Shown one piece after another: positions 27,060-36,220 of a stretch of DNA of 41,761 nucleotides. Numbering within the stretch: the first letter of the stretch is position 1; the number at the start of each line of letters is the position of its first letter. The stretch is taken from the NCBI GenBank assembly GCA_022565235.1, contig JADFJW010000003.1, forward strand, positions 1 to 41,761, given 5' to 3'. A model generated the notes under the pieces. That model was not told the origin of the DNA and ran no database searches. It was given only the letters and a program-made list of their open reading frames with translations. Source of the stretch: Nanobdellota archaeon. GTDB lineage: Archaea; Nanobdellota; Nanobdellia; Woesearchaeales; GW2011-AR4. Both the position numbers and the translations under genes were made by a program.

Positions 27060-29249
27060 TTACTCCATAGGAACTGCTGACCATAGCGTCCAGTCATTGC
27101 TTGGCGCATACGCCCCAAAAACAAAGTATGGCGGCTTATTCTGGCCAAAATATGAGTATTGTATATCTGTCCATTTTTGAGGTATTTGCGGGCTCCCCAT
27201 ACCCATTCCATAAACATTGCTTCCAAACAATCTCCAGGTTTTCATCAAGCCATGAAAATCACTTAAATCAGTTGTTGCATCTGCCCCCGGTTCCACTGTT
27301 ATAGCTTTATCGTACCCATATTTTTTTAATATTGAAACTGTTTCTTTAATTGGAGCATTTCCCTGGCCAGGGCTTAGATGCTCATCCTGATAGCCATAAT
27401 TATCTGCAAGATGCACATTGCCGACCATTCCTTCTTTTGCCAAACTCTCCACTTGCTTTAGATACCAATCTTTGAATTTTGCATCATTATGCTCACGATT
27501 AAGTTTAGGATCCTCCTGCCAGAACTTTCTCCACATATTCAGATGTCCAGTATCCAGTGTAGCTTTAATGTGTGTTGCAGCAATTTTTTCCGCTTCTGCT
27601 CTGCTTATTCCGGCATAAAATGGATTTTCCTGCAGCATCCCTTTCAGTCCGGGCACTACTGCTTCAATTAACTTTTTTTCATCCATTTCAGTCGGCTTTC
27701 TGCTTACTCCCATCTGTATTCTAGGCTCTGTAAGCAGCTCAACCATCCTTTCTCTCGATTTTTTAATGACCCATTTTAATTCCTCTATATGGCCGCCGAA
27801 CCTTTCTGGAAACAGATTCTCAATATTAACTACAACCGGATTGTTGGGCTCTTTTGTCCTGCGCATAGCATGAATTCCTGCTTCAGCATACATCCTTGCA
27901 CCATGCTGCTCCAGCCTTTTTATCGGCGTTATCAGGTTTTTTGCAGTTTCTCGTGTATCCTCTGCTTGCTGTTCTTGGGAAGCTGAGGCTTGTCTTGAAT
28001 GTTCTAAGCTCCTTTGTGTGTCAATAATCTCTCTATCAATAATTTCTAAGGGATGTTGAGTATCAGTAGGTAGAAGCCCCAGGTTTGCAGAAATTGAATT
28101 AAAAGCTGGCTCTTGTTTCATTATTTTCCATTTTTCTTCATCTGGGATACTCTCATCAAGTTTTTGGTAAAATTCCCTTGCATTTCTTAATTTCTCTAAA
28201 GTTTCAATTTCTCTATCCACTCTTTGAGCGAATTGCAGTGCCCACCCACGCGCATGGCCTTCCTGTGTAAATAATGTTGCTCTTAAGAACTGCTCTTCAG
28301 GGTATATCTTATCATAAAAATTCGGCGCCTTTCCCTCCTTTTCCGTCATATATTTATTGTAATCATCTGCTTCCTTCTTGAAATAGTCAAAATGCCTCAG
28401 CACCGTATCAAATCTTCCTGTTTCTTTATTATATCTTGGAACTCTCCCCTTGGTAGGACTCCAGGAATCTATTATCTTTTCTCCTTCATAACCTATGTAG
28501 TCACCCTTTTTTATCAATGCCTTGTTTCCGTCTTGGTCAATCCCTTCGTAATCTTTTTCAGAAACTAACCAAACAGGATAAGCGACTAACCTGTCTTTTT
28601 CCACTGTCTCCATTTTCTGGCTGGTTCTTGCATCCAATAAGTCAAACTTTGCATCAAATTCTTGCGTATGAGACATTCTGAACATTAATCTTCCTGATTC
28701 ATCTCTGGCAAGGTTTAAATTATGGGTTTCATCATCCAGATGCATGTCTGTCATCGGCCTTTCAAATTCTCCGGAGTGCATTACTACACTGCCGCCCCCC
28801 ATATCCGCCTGAAAATCAATCGCCCTCTTTAATTCAAATAAATCCTGGTAAGCGCCTGGAACTGAGAAATTACCCCTCTCATCTCTACCCATCATCCCCA
28901 TAAGGCCAAAGCTGGCATGTGTATTGAATCTTACTTCATTAGCCATCTGCATTTCCCTTAAAGCCTGCCTTTGGTCTTCTCCATACATTTCCGGAGTTTG
29001 TTGATTTCTATTTCCTATTCTGTAGCCGGGGAATTGTATTTCCAGCTTGCCTGCACCCATTCTTATTTTCGAATATATTCCGGCTACATTAGATGCAGAG
29101 ATCCCCATAGGAACTGACATTCCGATATCCTGGATGCCTAAATTTACATCAGGCTCATTAGCCGGTTGCGCGCCATATGTTTCCGGTTCCATGGCATTAA
29201 AATAATCAACCATGGGATGGTGTCCATAATTAAGGTCTCCAAAGTTCAT
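27060..29249 (-). CDS. Xylose-isomerase/AP-endonuclease-2-like TIM-barrel protein with large insertion
   Basis: Metal-ligand motifs NTHAS, VVMHSGE, NIENL, TLDTGH, VHLADN, DEHLSPGQG and TVEP; ~310 aa lie between HSGE and IEN. ATG 29249 preferred over TTG 29270. Confidence 0.8.
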   Translation of the reverse strand: MNFGDLNYGHHPMVDYFNAMEPETYGAQPANEPDVNLGIQDIGMSVPMGISASNVAGIYSKIRMGAGKLEIQFPGYRIGNRNQQTPEMYGEDQRQALREMQMANEVRFNTHASFGLMGMMGRDERGNFSVPGAYQDLFELKRAIDFQADMGGGSVVMHSGEFERPMTDMHLDDETHNLNLARDESGRLMFRMSHTQEFDAKFDLLDARTSQKMETVEKDRLVAYPVWLVSEKDYEGIDQDGNKALIKKGDYIGYEGEKIIDSWSPTKGRVPRYNKETGRFDTVLRHFDYFKKEADDYNKYMTEKEGKAPNFYDKIYPEEQFLRATLFTQEGHARGWALQFAQRVDREIETLEKLRNAREFYQKLDESIPDEEKWKIMKQEPAFNSISANLGLLPTDTQHPLEIIDREIIDTQRSLEHSRQASASQEQQAEDTRETAKNLITPIKRLEQHGARMYAEAGIHAMRRTKEPNNPVVVNIENLFPERFGGHIEELKWVIKKSRERMVELLTEPRIQMGVSRKPTEMDEKKLIEAVVPGLKGMLQENPFYAGISRAEAEKIAATHIKATLDTGHLNMWRKFWQEDPKLNREHNDAKFKDWYLKQVESLAKEGMVGNVHLADNYGYQDEHLSPGQGNAPIKETVSILKKYGYDKAITVEPGADATTDLSDFHGLMKTWRLFGSNVYGMGMGSPQIPQKWTDIQYSYFGQNKPPYFVFGAYAPSNDWTLWSAVPME

Positions 29250-29357
29250 TTTTTGTACAATCCCGTACAACAGTGTATTGGGGCATCTGCGATGCCCATA
29301 GACGGTACACTATTATGGGATTTTGTATGTTTGTTTTTAATTTTAGCTTACAAAACT

Positions 29358-30767
29358 TTACCAATTCAGCATATCATGATGTTTTTTAAAATGATGATAA
29401 ATTGTCCATGCTGTACTTTTTGCCGATGTTTCTGCGTTCCCTCTTGCCAATGTATCTCTCATCGCTTGTGTACTGCTCTTTTTTTTCGGCCTCGCTTCTT
29501 TTTTTGCTTTTTTTGCAGCGCCAAACAATTCTGAAAAACCCTTAAAAATTGAAGTGTAAGGGCTCATAAATGAAGAAGTCTTCTCAGCTTTTTTCTCAGT
29601 TTTTGCTCCGATTTCTTCCCCAGCTTCTTTTAGGTACCTCATCAATTCATCCCCTAAAGATTCCATTGCAGCCTTGACAGAAGCATCTATCACTCCCAAA
29701 AGCTGAAAATCTTCCAACTCTCGCATCTTTTTGTAATTTTCAACTTCCTGGTCAGACCATGCGTATACCCTAAAATCTATTTCAACTCTGCCGAGATGCA
29801 ATGGTCCTTTTTGATACTCCTGCTGGTAATTCATCTCCGGCCTGGTCCTAAATAAATAATGTATTAACAAGCATTGATTAAATGCCCCCGGTTTTCTTGC
29901 TAACAGCTCAACTTCCATCATAGAGCTTTCAAATGCAACCAGTAAATCAGGTGTTTCTGTCTTTGTTAAGTCTAGTTGCAAGCGCTGTATATTCCTTAAG
30001 TAAGGTTTTACCCAATGCATATACATCCTTATAACTTCATAATGCTGTCTTAGAAACTTTAATGTAAACACTCTCCTGTTTTTCATCTCCTCAAAAGTAT
30101 GCTCTTTCCATGCCAAAAATGTCCTTAATTTTCTTTTGAGCACTTCCCTTACCTTCCTGTTAAAAGCGCCTCTTTCTCTATCTACAACATCATCAGTATC
30201 CTCCTGTTTTTTTGGGTGTGTTGAGAAAAATAAATCAGGTAAGGTTGTAAACTGAACTTCCCGTGCCATACCATAAACAGATGCTGGATTTTTTGCGCCT
30301 TGCTCGACTAGGTCTACCCATATGCCTTTTAATGTTATTTCAGCGCTTTCAGAGCTTCTGCTTTTTGTAAAGCTGTCATTGTAATAGCTTAACCTCTCAT
30401 CCAGAATTCTTAGCTCCCTTACTAACTGGAACAACTCGCGAACCATTTTCCCTATAGTCGCCAGAAATTGAGATACCTTATCTTGCTGCAATCCTAATCT
30501 TTGCTGGGATGCTCCAAAAAAAGAGGAATTTTCAGCAGCCGCAAAAACATCTGTTATCTTATCAATAGTTGGAAAACCGGAAAAATACCTCAAATAATGC
30601 AGAATCCAGAAATATGGCTCCTCAATAGAAATATTATAGCCCTCATAATGTAACCTATATCTTCTTGCCGGATTGGGAAATCCTGTTTTAATATAAATGC
30701 CTCTTGTTTGCTCTGCAACTTCCTCATTTGTAAAACCAAATTTCTTCAGGTCAACAACTGTTACCAT
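29358..30767 (-). CDS. Hypothetical alpha-helical protein (~470 aa)
   Basis: Long ORF with protein-like composition; GGTGA RBS precedes ATG 30767 (30773 alternative). No family recognised. Confidence 0.8.
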   Translation of the reverse strand: MVTVVDLKKFGFTNEEVAEQTRGIYIKTGFPNPARRYRLHYEGYNISIEEPYFWILHYLRYFSGFPTIDKITDVFAAAENSSFFGASQQRLGLQQDKVSQFLATIGKMVRELFQLVRELRILDERLSYYNDSFTKSRSSESAEITLKGIWVDLVEQGAKNPASVYGMAREVQFTTLPDLFFSTHPKKQEDTDDVVDRERGAFNRKVREVLKRKLRTFLAWKEHTFEEMKNRRVFTLKFLRQHYEVIRMYMHWVKPYLRNIQRLQLDLTKTETPDLLVAFESSMMEVELLARKPGAFNQCLLIHYLFRTRPEMNYQQEYQKGPLHLGRVEIDFRVYAWSDQEVENYKKMRELEDFQLLGVIDASVKAAMESLGDELMRYLKEAGEEIGAKTEKKAEKTSSFMSPYTSIFKGFSELFGAAKKAKKEARPKKKSSTQAMRDTLARGNAETSAKSTAWTIYHHFKKHHDMLNW

Positions 30768-31054
30768 AACCATACTCACCCACAAAATTATATTTAATTT
30801 GTTGTAGATTCGTAGCATTGAACTGTAAATAATTATTATCTAATTCTAGTTACAATTCAATATACATCAAACCTCTCTTTCCCTATATACAGTATACTAA
30901 TTTGTATATTAATATAGTAATAGTATTTAAAGGTTTTGGAAAATTTAATTTTCCAAGTATCGAAAAATTAAAAAATATTTTTCGGACCTTTAAACTAGAA
31001 AATACCTTTAGAATTTTTCGCTGTTTAAAGGTATCTATGAAGATTAGGATGTTG

Positions 31055-31453
31055 TTAGAGCGGCATAATATCATTAGTATAATCACGCCTAAAAGTTTCA
31101 GCTGCTTCATAACCTATTTGTTCTGGTGAAGAATATTCCCTGTATTCATCTGGACGCACCATTTTGTTCCCTCTTATCTTAGCAAAATAAACATTCTGTT
31201 CTGGATTTGCACTTCCTATAGGAATCTCTACAGTAGTTTTAGTCCCAGAATATCGATCCTGGATAAGGAAGGTTAAAATCGGGCAATAACCATCCTCTCT
31301 TGCATTAACTTTTACCAATGTTTTTTCAGGAATTTTGCCATTTAGTCTACTTGCTACAGCTTCTTGGAAAGCTATCTCAACTCTTTGGCTTAAAGTTTCA
31401 CCACTTGCTCCATCAGCACCTTGTCCAGCAATAGATGTCATTTCTCCACTCAT
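31055..31453 (-). CDS. Hypothetical protein
   Basis: 132-aa ORF with GAGGT upstream. Confidence 0.6.
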   Translation of the reverse strand: MSGEMTSIAGQGADGASGETLSQRVEIAFQEAVASRLNGKIPEKTLVKVNAREDGYCPILTFLIQDRYSGTKTTVEIPIGSANPEQNVYFAKIRGNKMVRPDEYREYSSPEQIGYEAAETFRRDYTNDIMPL

Positions 31454-31678
31454 TTTTCATAACCTCATAAATTTTTATTTCTTAGTATATCCTAGAATTT
31501 AGTTTTCAATTGAAAAGGCCCTTTGAGAATATACTAAATTTTTGGGCCTATAACAGCAGTAGAAGCAAAAGCAATAGATTCAAAGCTAACAATAACTTTG
31601 CAGAATTTAATTTTTTATTTATGTTAGCCATTTTTATAATTTTATACAAATGGGGTTTTGTATTTAAACTTTACGATT

Positions 31679-32890
31679 TCATAAGAACTTTACTAACTTA
31701 GATTGATTTTTAATTTCTTTTAATAACAATGATTTTTCTAGAATTCTGCTTAAATCCAGATCAAATTTCTTTTTAACTAGTTTCTTTGCGTATTCCAGCA
31801 TCAATTCTTTAGACGAGAATTCAATAGATCTAGATGCCATTGATTTTCTTGCAGCTTCTCTTGTTACCCATACCCCAAGCGGCAAAGTATAATCTCCAGT
31901 AACAAACCTCAATGCCAAGACGCTGCCTTGTCTTTTCATCTCATTTAATTTTTCCAGAATAGCTAATCTTACAGTATAATAACCGCCTGCTGTCTGCTCT
32001 GCATAGTATTTTCTTCCTTCATAAGGCTCATAATCTGTCATAGAATTATTTGGATTTGAAACTAAAGTCTCAAACAATTCATAGCTCCATACTTCCGGAA
32101 AGCATAGCATCAAATAATGATTTCCTAAATAGTTGCCAAAGAAAGCAGAATAATTGATCTGATTATACTCTTTTATTTTTTTAATCAAATGTTTTCCCAA
32201 TGTATCATCAGTAGCTGTAATAGACCATCTTGTTGGAACTAATTTTCTGTTTTTACCAAGACCCAATATACCAACACTCAAAATCTTAGATAAAAAATTC
32301 TCATCAAATTTATTCTCATACAAATAAATCAATGCCTCATTAGCCTTTAGATCAGTATCATAATGAACTTTCTGCACTTTTGTATGTATATTTGGATTTT
32401 CAGTTAACTTAGCTTTTTTCAGCTCTGCATACGGCCCGGTAGGAGCCATCAGATTATCATAGTTCATCCTGAAATGGGGTTTATCTTTTAGATTAATATC
32501 CATATCTACCGGTTTAGAAGCCATGCTCACTTCCTGATTTAACTCAAGAAATTTATTTCTCTGCTTTACGCTTATTTTTTCCCTTGAATTTATTAAAGAA
32601 GATCTTAAATCAACTATTTTCGGAATCTGGAAATTATTGACGGACCAGTATTTCGGAGCGTCATATAGCCATGTATCCTCAGTTTCTTCCGGCGGAGCTA
32701 AAATCCCGATGTTTATGGAAGGATAACCATACCTTCCGATGAACGGGGCAACACCCTCTGTCGAGAAGTTTTCTTTCACAATCCTGTTTTTTATCCTTAT
32801 CTGAGAATAAGCCTTTGCGCATATAGGGCAGTTATAATTACCACAATTAAACAAAGGATGGTTTTTAATATTGTATTTTGGAAGGTGCAT
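31679..32890 (-). CDS. nreA: Archaeal Nre DNA repair protein (PCNA-interacting)
   Basis: N-terminal Cys cluster, PFIGRYGYP, RKLVPTRWSITATDD, GGYYTVRL, PLGVWVTRE and C-terminal PIP box QSKLVKF. Confidence 0.9.
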   Translation of the reverse strand: MHLPKYNIKNHPLFNCGNYNCPICAKAYSQIRIKNRIVKENFSTEGVAPFIGRYGYPSINIGILAPPEETEDTWLYDAPKYWSVNNFQIPKIVDLRSSLINSREKISVKQRNKFLELNQEVSMASKPVDMDINLKDKPHFRMNYDNLMAPTGPYAELKKAKLTENPNIHTKVQKVHYDTDLKANEALIYLYENKFDENFLSKILSVGILGLGKNRKLVPTRWSITATDDTLGKHLIKKIKEYNQINYSAFFGNYLGNHYLMLCFPEVWSYELFETLVSNPNNSMTDYEPYEGRKYYAEQTAGGYYTVRLAILEKLNEMKRQGSVLALRFVTGDYTLPLGVWVTREAARKSMASRSIEFSSKELMLEYAKKLVKKKFDLDLSRILEKSLLLKEIKNQSKLVKFL

Positions 32891-32900
32891 AATTAATGCA

Positions 32901-32925
32901 AAGAATTTAGTTAATTTAAAGGTTT
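32901..32925. repeat. 25-bp direct repeat, left copy (AAGAATTTAGTTAATTTAAAGGTTT); contains the nre BRE/TATA on the minus strand
   Basis: Identical to 33856-33880. Confidence 0.9.
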
Positions 32926-32943
32926 GGCTTTATCATAAAAATT

Positions 32944-33789
32944 TTACAAATATTTCTTATGCGCTCTGAGATATCTTCTGAAGAAATAATTGATGAAATC
33001 ATTTTCATCTTTGCTCAATGCATGATAGTAAGATTTCCTTTTTTTAGATTCTATGATCAACAATGGATAGTTGCTCTTTCTCAATATATGAGCGATAATC
33101 AGCCTTCCAATCCTGCCATTTCCGTCCCCAAAAGGGTGTATCATTTCAAATTTGTAATGTGCTCTCGCTGCTAGTTCAACGGGATTTAGAATTTTTTTAT
33201 TCTTATTGTACCATTTGAAAAATTCTTTTAAGAGCTGGTCTAAATCCTGCCAATCTGGCGCCCTATAACTGCCAACTCTGACTAAATAATCTCTTATTTT
33301 TCCAGAAATGTCCGGTTTTGTTTCAAAAAATACTTCTTTATGCCATTGCAGGATTTTTTTAAGAGACATTTCATTTTTTTCATTTAGCACTCTAAAAAAT
33401 ACTTTTGAATGATTTATTGTTTCTTGTATATCTCTTAATGGCTTATTTGGAGCTATCTTTCTTTTGATTATGTCTTTTGTTTCCTCCAAGGTTATTGTAG
33501 AACCCTCTATTGCATTTGTGTTATAAGTAAACTCAATTGAAAAATCCAATAAAATCTCTTTTTTTACTGATTCCGGATAATGTTTCCATTCTTTCCGGAA
33601 GTTCTTTTTTATGGTTTTTAGCTTTTTTATTAAGTCTTCCTGCATGCATCTATGTAAAAACGACTCTTTGATATCGTCAATATTGGCAGGTATTTTTTTG
33701 CCGAGATATTTCTCGCGGTGCACTACTTTACCTTCCACTCTGAAAGAATGGGCTAGATAATAGTAATTTTTATGTTTTACAATATTCAT
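32944..33789 (-). CDS. Fic family protein (class II, auto-inhibited type)
   Basis: Fic motif HPFGDGNGRIGR; inhibitory TNAIEG motif N-terminal to the catalytic motif. Confidence 0.93.
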   Translation of the reverse strand: MNIVKHKNYYYLAHSFRVEGKVVHREKYLGKKIPANIDDIKESFLHRCMQEDLIKKLKTIKKNFRKEWKHYPESVKKEILLDFSIEFTYNTNAIEGSTITLEETKDIIKRKIAPNKPLRDIQETINHSKVFFRVLNEKNEMSLKKILQWHKEVFFETKPDISGKIRDYLVRVGSYRAPDWQDLDQLLKEFFKWYNKNKKILNPVELAARAHYKFEMIHPFGDGNGRIGRLIIAHILRKSNYPLLIIESKKRKSYYHALSKDENDFINYFFRRYLRAHKKYL

Positions 33790-33855
33790 GTCGGTAGTAG
33801 TACAATTACTTTTATTTAAATTTTGTGGTTTTTTGATAGAATGTAATTGTATGGT

Positions 33856-33880
33856 AAGAATTTAGTTAATTTAAAGGTTT
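33856..33880. repeat. 25-bp direct repeat, right copy
   Basis: Identical to 32901-32925. Confidence 0.9.
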
Positions 33881-33932
33881 TGAAATAATATTAATAATCA
33901 CATTTATATATGAGGTTGGAATACAATTCAAA

Positions 33933-34958
33933 ATGCTAACACCAAAACAATATGAACAAATGAAAGATGAATTAGATAATTGCCAAAATCCTATTTTCTT
34001 CTTTGATGATGATCCGGATGGGTTGTGTGCTTTCCTGCTGTTTTATCGCTATAAAAAAGAAGGCCATGGCTTTGTTGTAAAAACACATCCTAAATTAGAT
34101 GCAAGATCTGCACCGAAAATAGAGGAATATGATGCAGACAAGGTTTTTGTTCTTGATGTAGCTAACTTAGAGCAGGATTTTATTGACGCTTCTAAAGTTC
34201 CGGTGATATGGATAGACCACCATGGACCGACTGAAAGAGACAATGTGAAATACTTTAACCCCCGGCTTAATGATAAAACCGCCAATATTCCGACAACATA
34301 CCTATGTTATAAAGTTGTTCAGCAGGATTTATGGATTGCGATGACCGGATGCATAGCAGATTATTATATGCCTGATTTTTTTGATGAATTTAAGGAAAAA
34401 TACTCTGACTTATTGAATGGCAAAAAAACTGTAGGAGACATCTATTTTGACAGCAGGATTGGAACTTTAATCAAGGTTCTTTCTTTCTGCTTGAAAGGTA
34501 AAACTGGCGATGTTTTGAAATGCATGAAAATCCTGACAAGGATAGAAAGCCCTTATGAAATACTAAACCAGGAAAGCGCAAAAGGAAAATTTATATTCCA
34601 AAGATATGAAAAGATAAATAAGATGTATGACAGTCTGCTGGATGATGCAGTTAAGGCAGAAGGAAAAGAAAAACTCATGGTATTTACTTATGAACATGAC
34701 AAGATGAGCTTTACCGGTGACTTATCCAATGAGTTATTGTACAAATTTCCGGATAAGGTAATTATTGTTGGAAGAAAGAAAGACGAGGATGTAAGGATGA
34801 GTATAAGGAGCAGGAACATCTTAATACCGCCAATCTTAGAAAAGTCTCTTGCAGGATTAGAGGGCTATGGCGGCGGTCATGAACATGCCTGCGGGGCAAA
34901 TATCAAGCAGGTAGATTTTAAGGAATTTGTTAAGAGAATGAATGAAAATATAACCTAA
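33933..34958 (+). CDS. DHH/DHHA1 family phosphoesterase (RecJ/NrnA-like)
   Basis: DDDPDG, VLD, IDHH, NP, IAD, SIRS and GGGHEHACG. Confidence 0.88.
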   Translation: MLTPKQYEQMKDELDNCQNPIFFFDDDPDGLCAFLLFYRYKKEGHGFVVKTHPKLDARSAPKIEEYDADKVFVLDVANLEQDFIDASKVPVIWIDHHGPTERDNVKYFNPRLNDKTANIPTTYLCYKVVQQDLWIAMTGCIADYYMPDFFDEFKEKYSDLLNGKKTVGDIYFDSRIGTLIKVLSFCLKGKTGDVLKCMKILTRIESPYEILNQESAKGKFIFQRYEKINKMYDSLLDDAVKAEGKEKLMVFTYEHDKMSFTGDLSNELLYKFPDKVIIVGRKKDEDVRMSIRSRNILIPPILEKSLAGLEGYGGGHEHACGANIKQVDFKEFVKRMNENIT

Positions 34959-35467
34959 ACCTTTAATCTCTCATTGATCATATTAACAATAAAATCTTTT
35001 TTATCCTTAAGGCCATGCCTTTTTGCATAAATCTCAAGATTTTCTTTTTTTATTTTGGAATTAAGCCTTGCAACCTTGTCATTTATCTTATTAATCCGGT
35101 TTATCACCATATTAAGCTTGCCTTCCATGCTCCTCGGGACCGAAATAACAAGTATCTTATCAAACGCTTCATTAATATAGAACAATTTACTGCCGCCAAA
35201 TGTTTTTTGCTCTGCCTTAATCATTTCTATCAATGCGGCATTTCTGCTCACCTTGCTTAAAGATATTATTACGGCTTCTTTGTAGGCTTTATTATTGATT
35301 AAGCTCAATTCTATTGCATCATTATTAGAATTAATGTCATTCAAAAATTCCTTAAATACCGGTTCATTATTTATATCCCTAAAATTAATATATTCTATAG
35401 AGTCTATGCTCCTATTTATGTCAATACTAGAAATAAGATTCCTATAAACAGGACCTTCTGCGTACAT
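34955..35467 (-). CDS. Hypothetical protein
   Basis: 170-aa ORF with GGGGGTG RBS and a TATA-like element upstream. Confidence 0.6.
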   Translation of the reverse strand: MYAEGPVYRNLISSIDINRSIDSIEYINFRDINNEPVFKEFLNDINSNNDAIELSLINNKAYKEAVIISLSKVSRNAALIEMIKAEQKTFGGSKLFYINEAFDKILVISVPRSMEGKLNMVINRINKINDKVARLNSKIKKENLEIYAKRHGLKDKKDFIVNMINERLKV

Positions 35468-35584
35468 CTAACACCCCCAATCAAAGTTTCATGCTTTCTT
35501 AATATATAAGGTTTTTGGGTGTTTTATGATTATTTGCGCAAAATAATTAAATTTATAAAGAAATTACTCATCTATACTTTTAAT

Positions 35585-35760
35585 GCGCTGGTGGTCTAAT
35601 GGTTATGACTCGAGCCTTCCAAGCTCGGTATCTGGGTTCGAAACGATCTTTTCCGTGAATTGCGAGCGAACTCGCTTCGCTCGTCGCGGGTAACCGTAAA
35701 AGCTCGACCAAAATCGGGCTTTTCCTACGGAAAAGAACGATGAAAGTCCCAGCCAGCGCA
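35585..35760 (+). tRNA. tRNA-Gly(TCC) with 104-nt intron at 59/60 (35643-35746)
   Basis: Acceptor GCGCTGG/CCAGCGC+A, anticodon stem CGAGC/GCTCG with CT-TCC-AA, T-stem CTGGG/CCCAG, TTCGAA|T loop. TATA TTTATAAA at 35552-59. Confidence 0.92.
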
Positions 35761-35779
35761 TTTTAATTAATACTTAAAA

Positions 35780-36220
35780 ATGGGAACTATAATTATATTC
35801 ATCTGGATATGGGCGGCTATGGTAGCAAATGGATTCTGGGAAGCATATGTAGAGGGTAAGCGTGCATGGGATGAAGGAAAGCTTGGATGGAAGATAAAGA
35901 CAAAAAAGCGCGTATGGCTGACAGCATACCATTTCTGGTTGTTTTTTGTTATGTGGCCATTGCTTTTAACATTGCCATTCATAATTTTTGGGTTTGATTT
36001 AAAATTACTGGGTATTTTATTAAGTGCATTTTTTTCGGGATTAATAATCGAAGACCTAACTTGGTTTATTGTAAATCCAGTCTTTAAACTAAAGCATTTT
36101 AATTCGAATTATGTCGAATGGTATCCTTGGTTAAAAATAGGAAAGTTTGAAATGCCTCTTTATTATTTAATTGCTTTAATTCTTAGTATTGTTTCCTGGT
36201 ATTTTTTGTGGAGTCAATAA
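35780..36220 (+). CDS. Trp-rich integral membrane protein
   Basis: About four hydrophobic helices with motifs EAYVEG..AW, TAYH and IEDLTWF..NP. Confidence 0.75.
   Translation: MGTIIIFIWIWAAMVANGFWEAYVEGKRAWDEGKLGWKIKTKKRVWLTAYHFWLFFVMWPLLLTLPFIIFGFDLKLLGILLSAFFSGLIIEDLTWFIVNPVFKLKHFNSNYVEWYPWLKIGKFEMPLYYLIALILSIVSWYFLWSQ

Noticed and set aside
30883-31129. Two overlapping 75-aa ORFs, plus 31510..31701 and 26942..27226
   Set aside because: Short, no convincing RBS or motif, and they overlap real genes or structured spacers.
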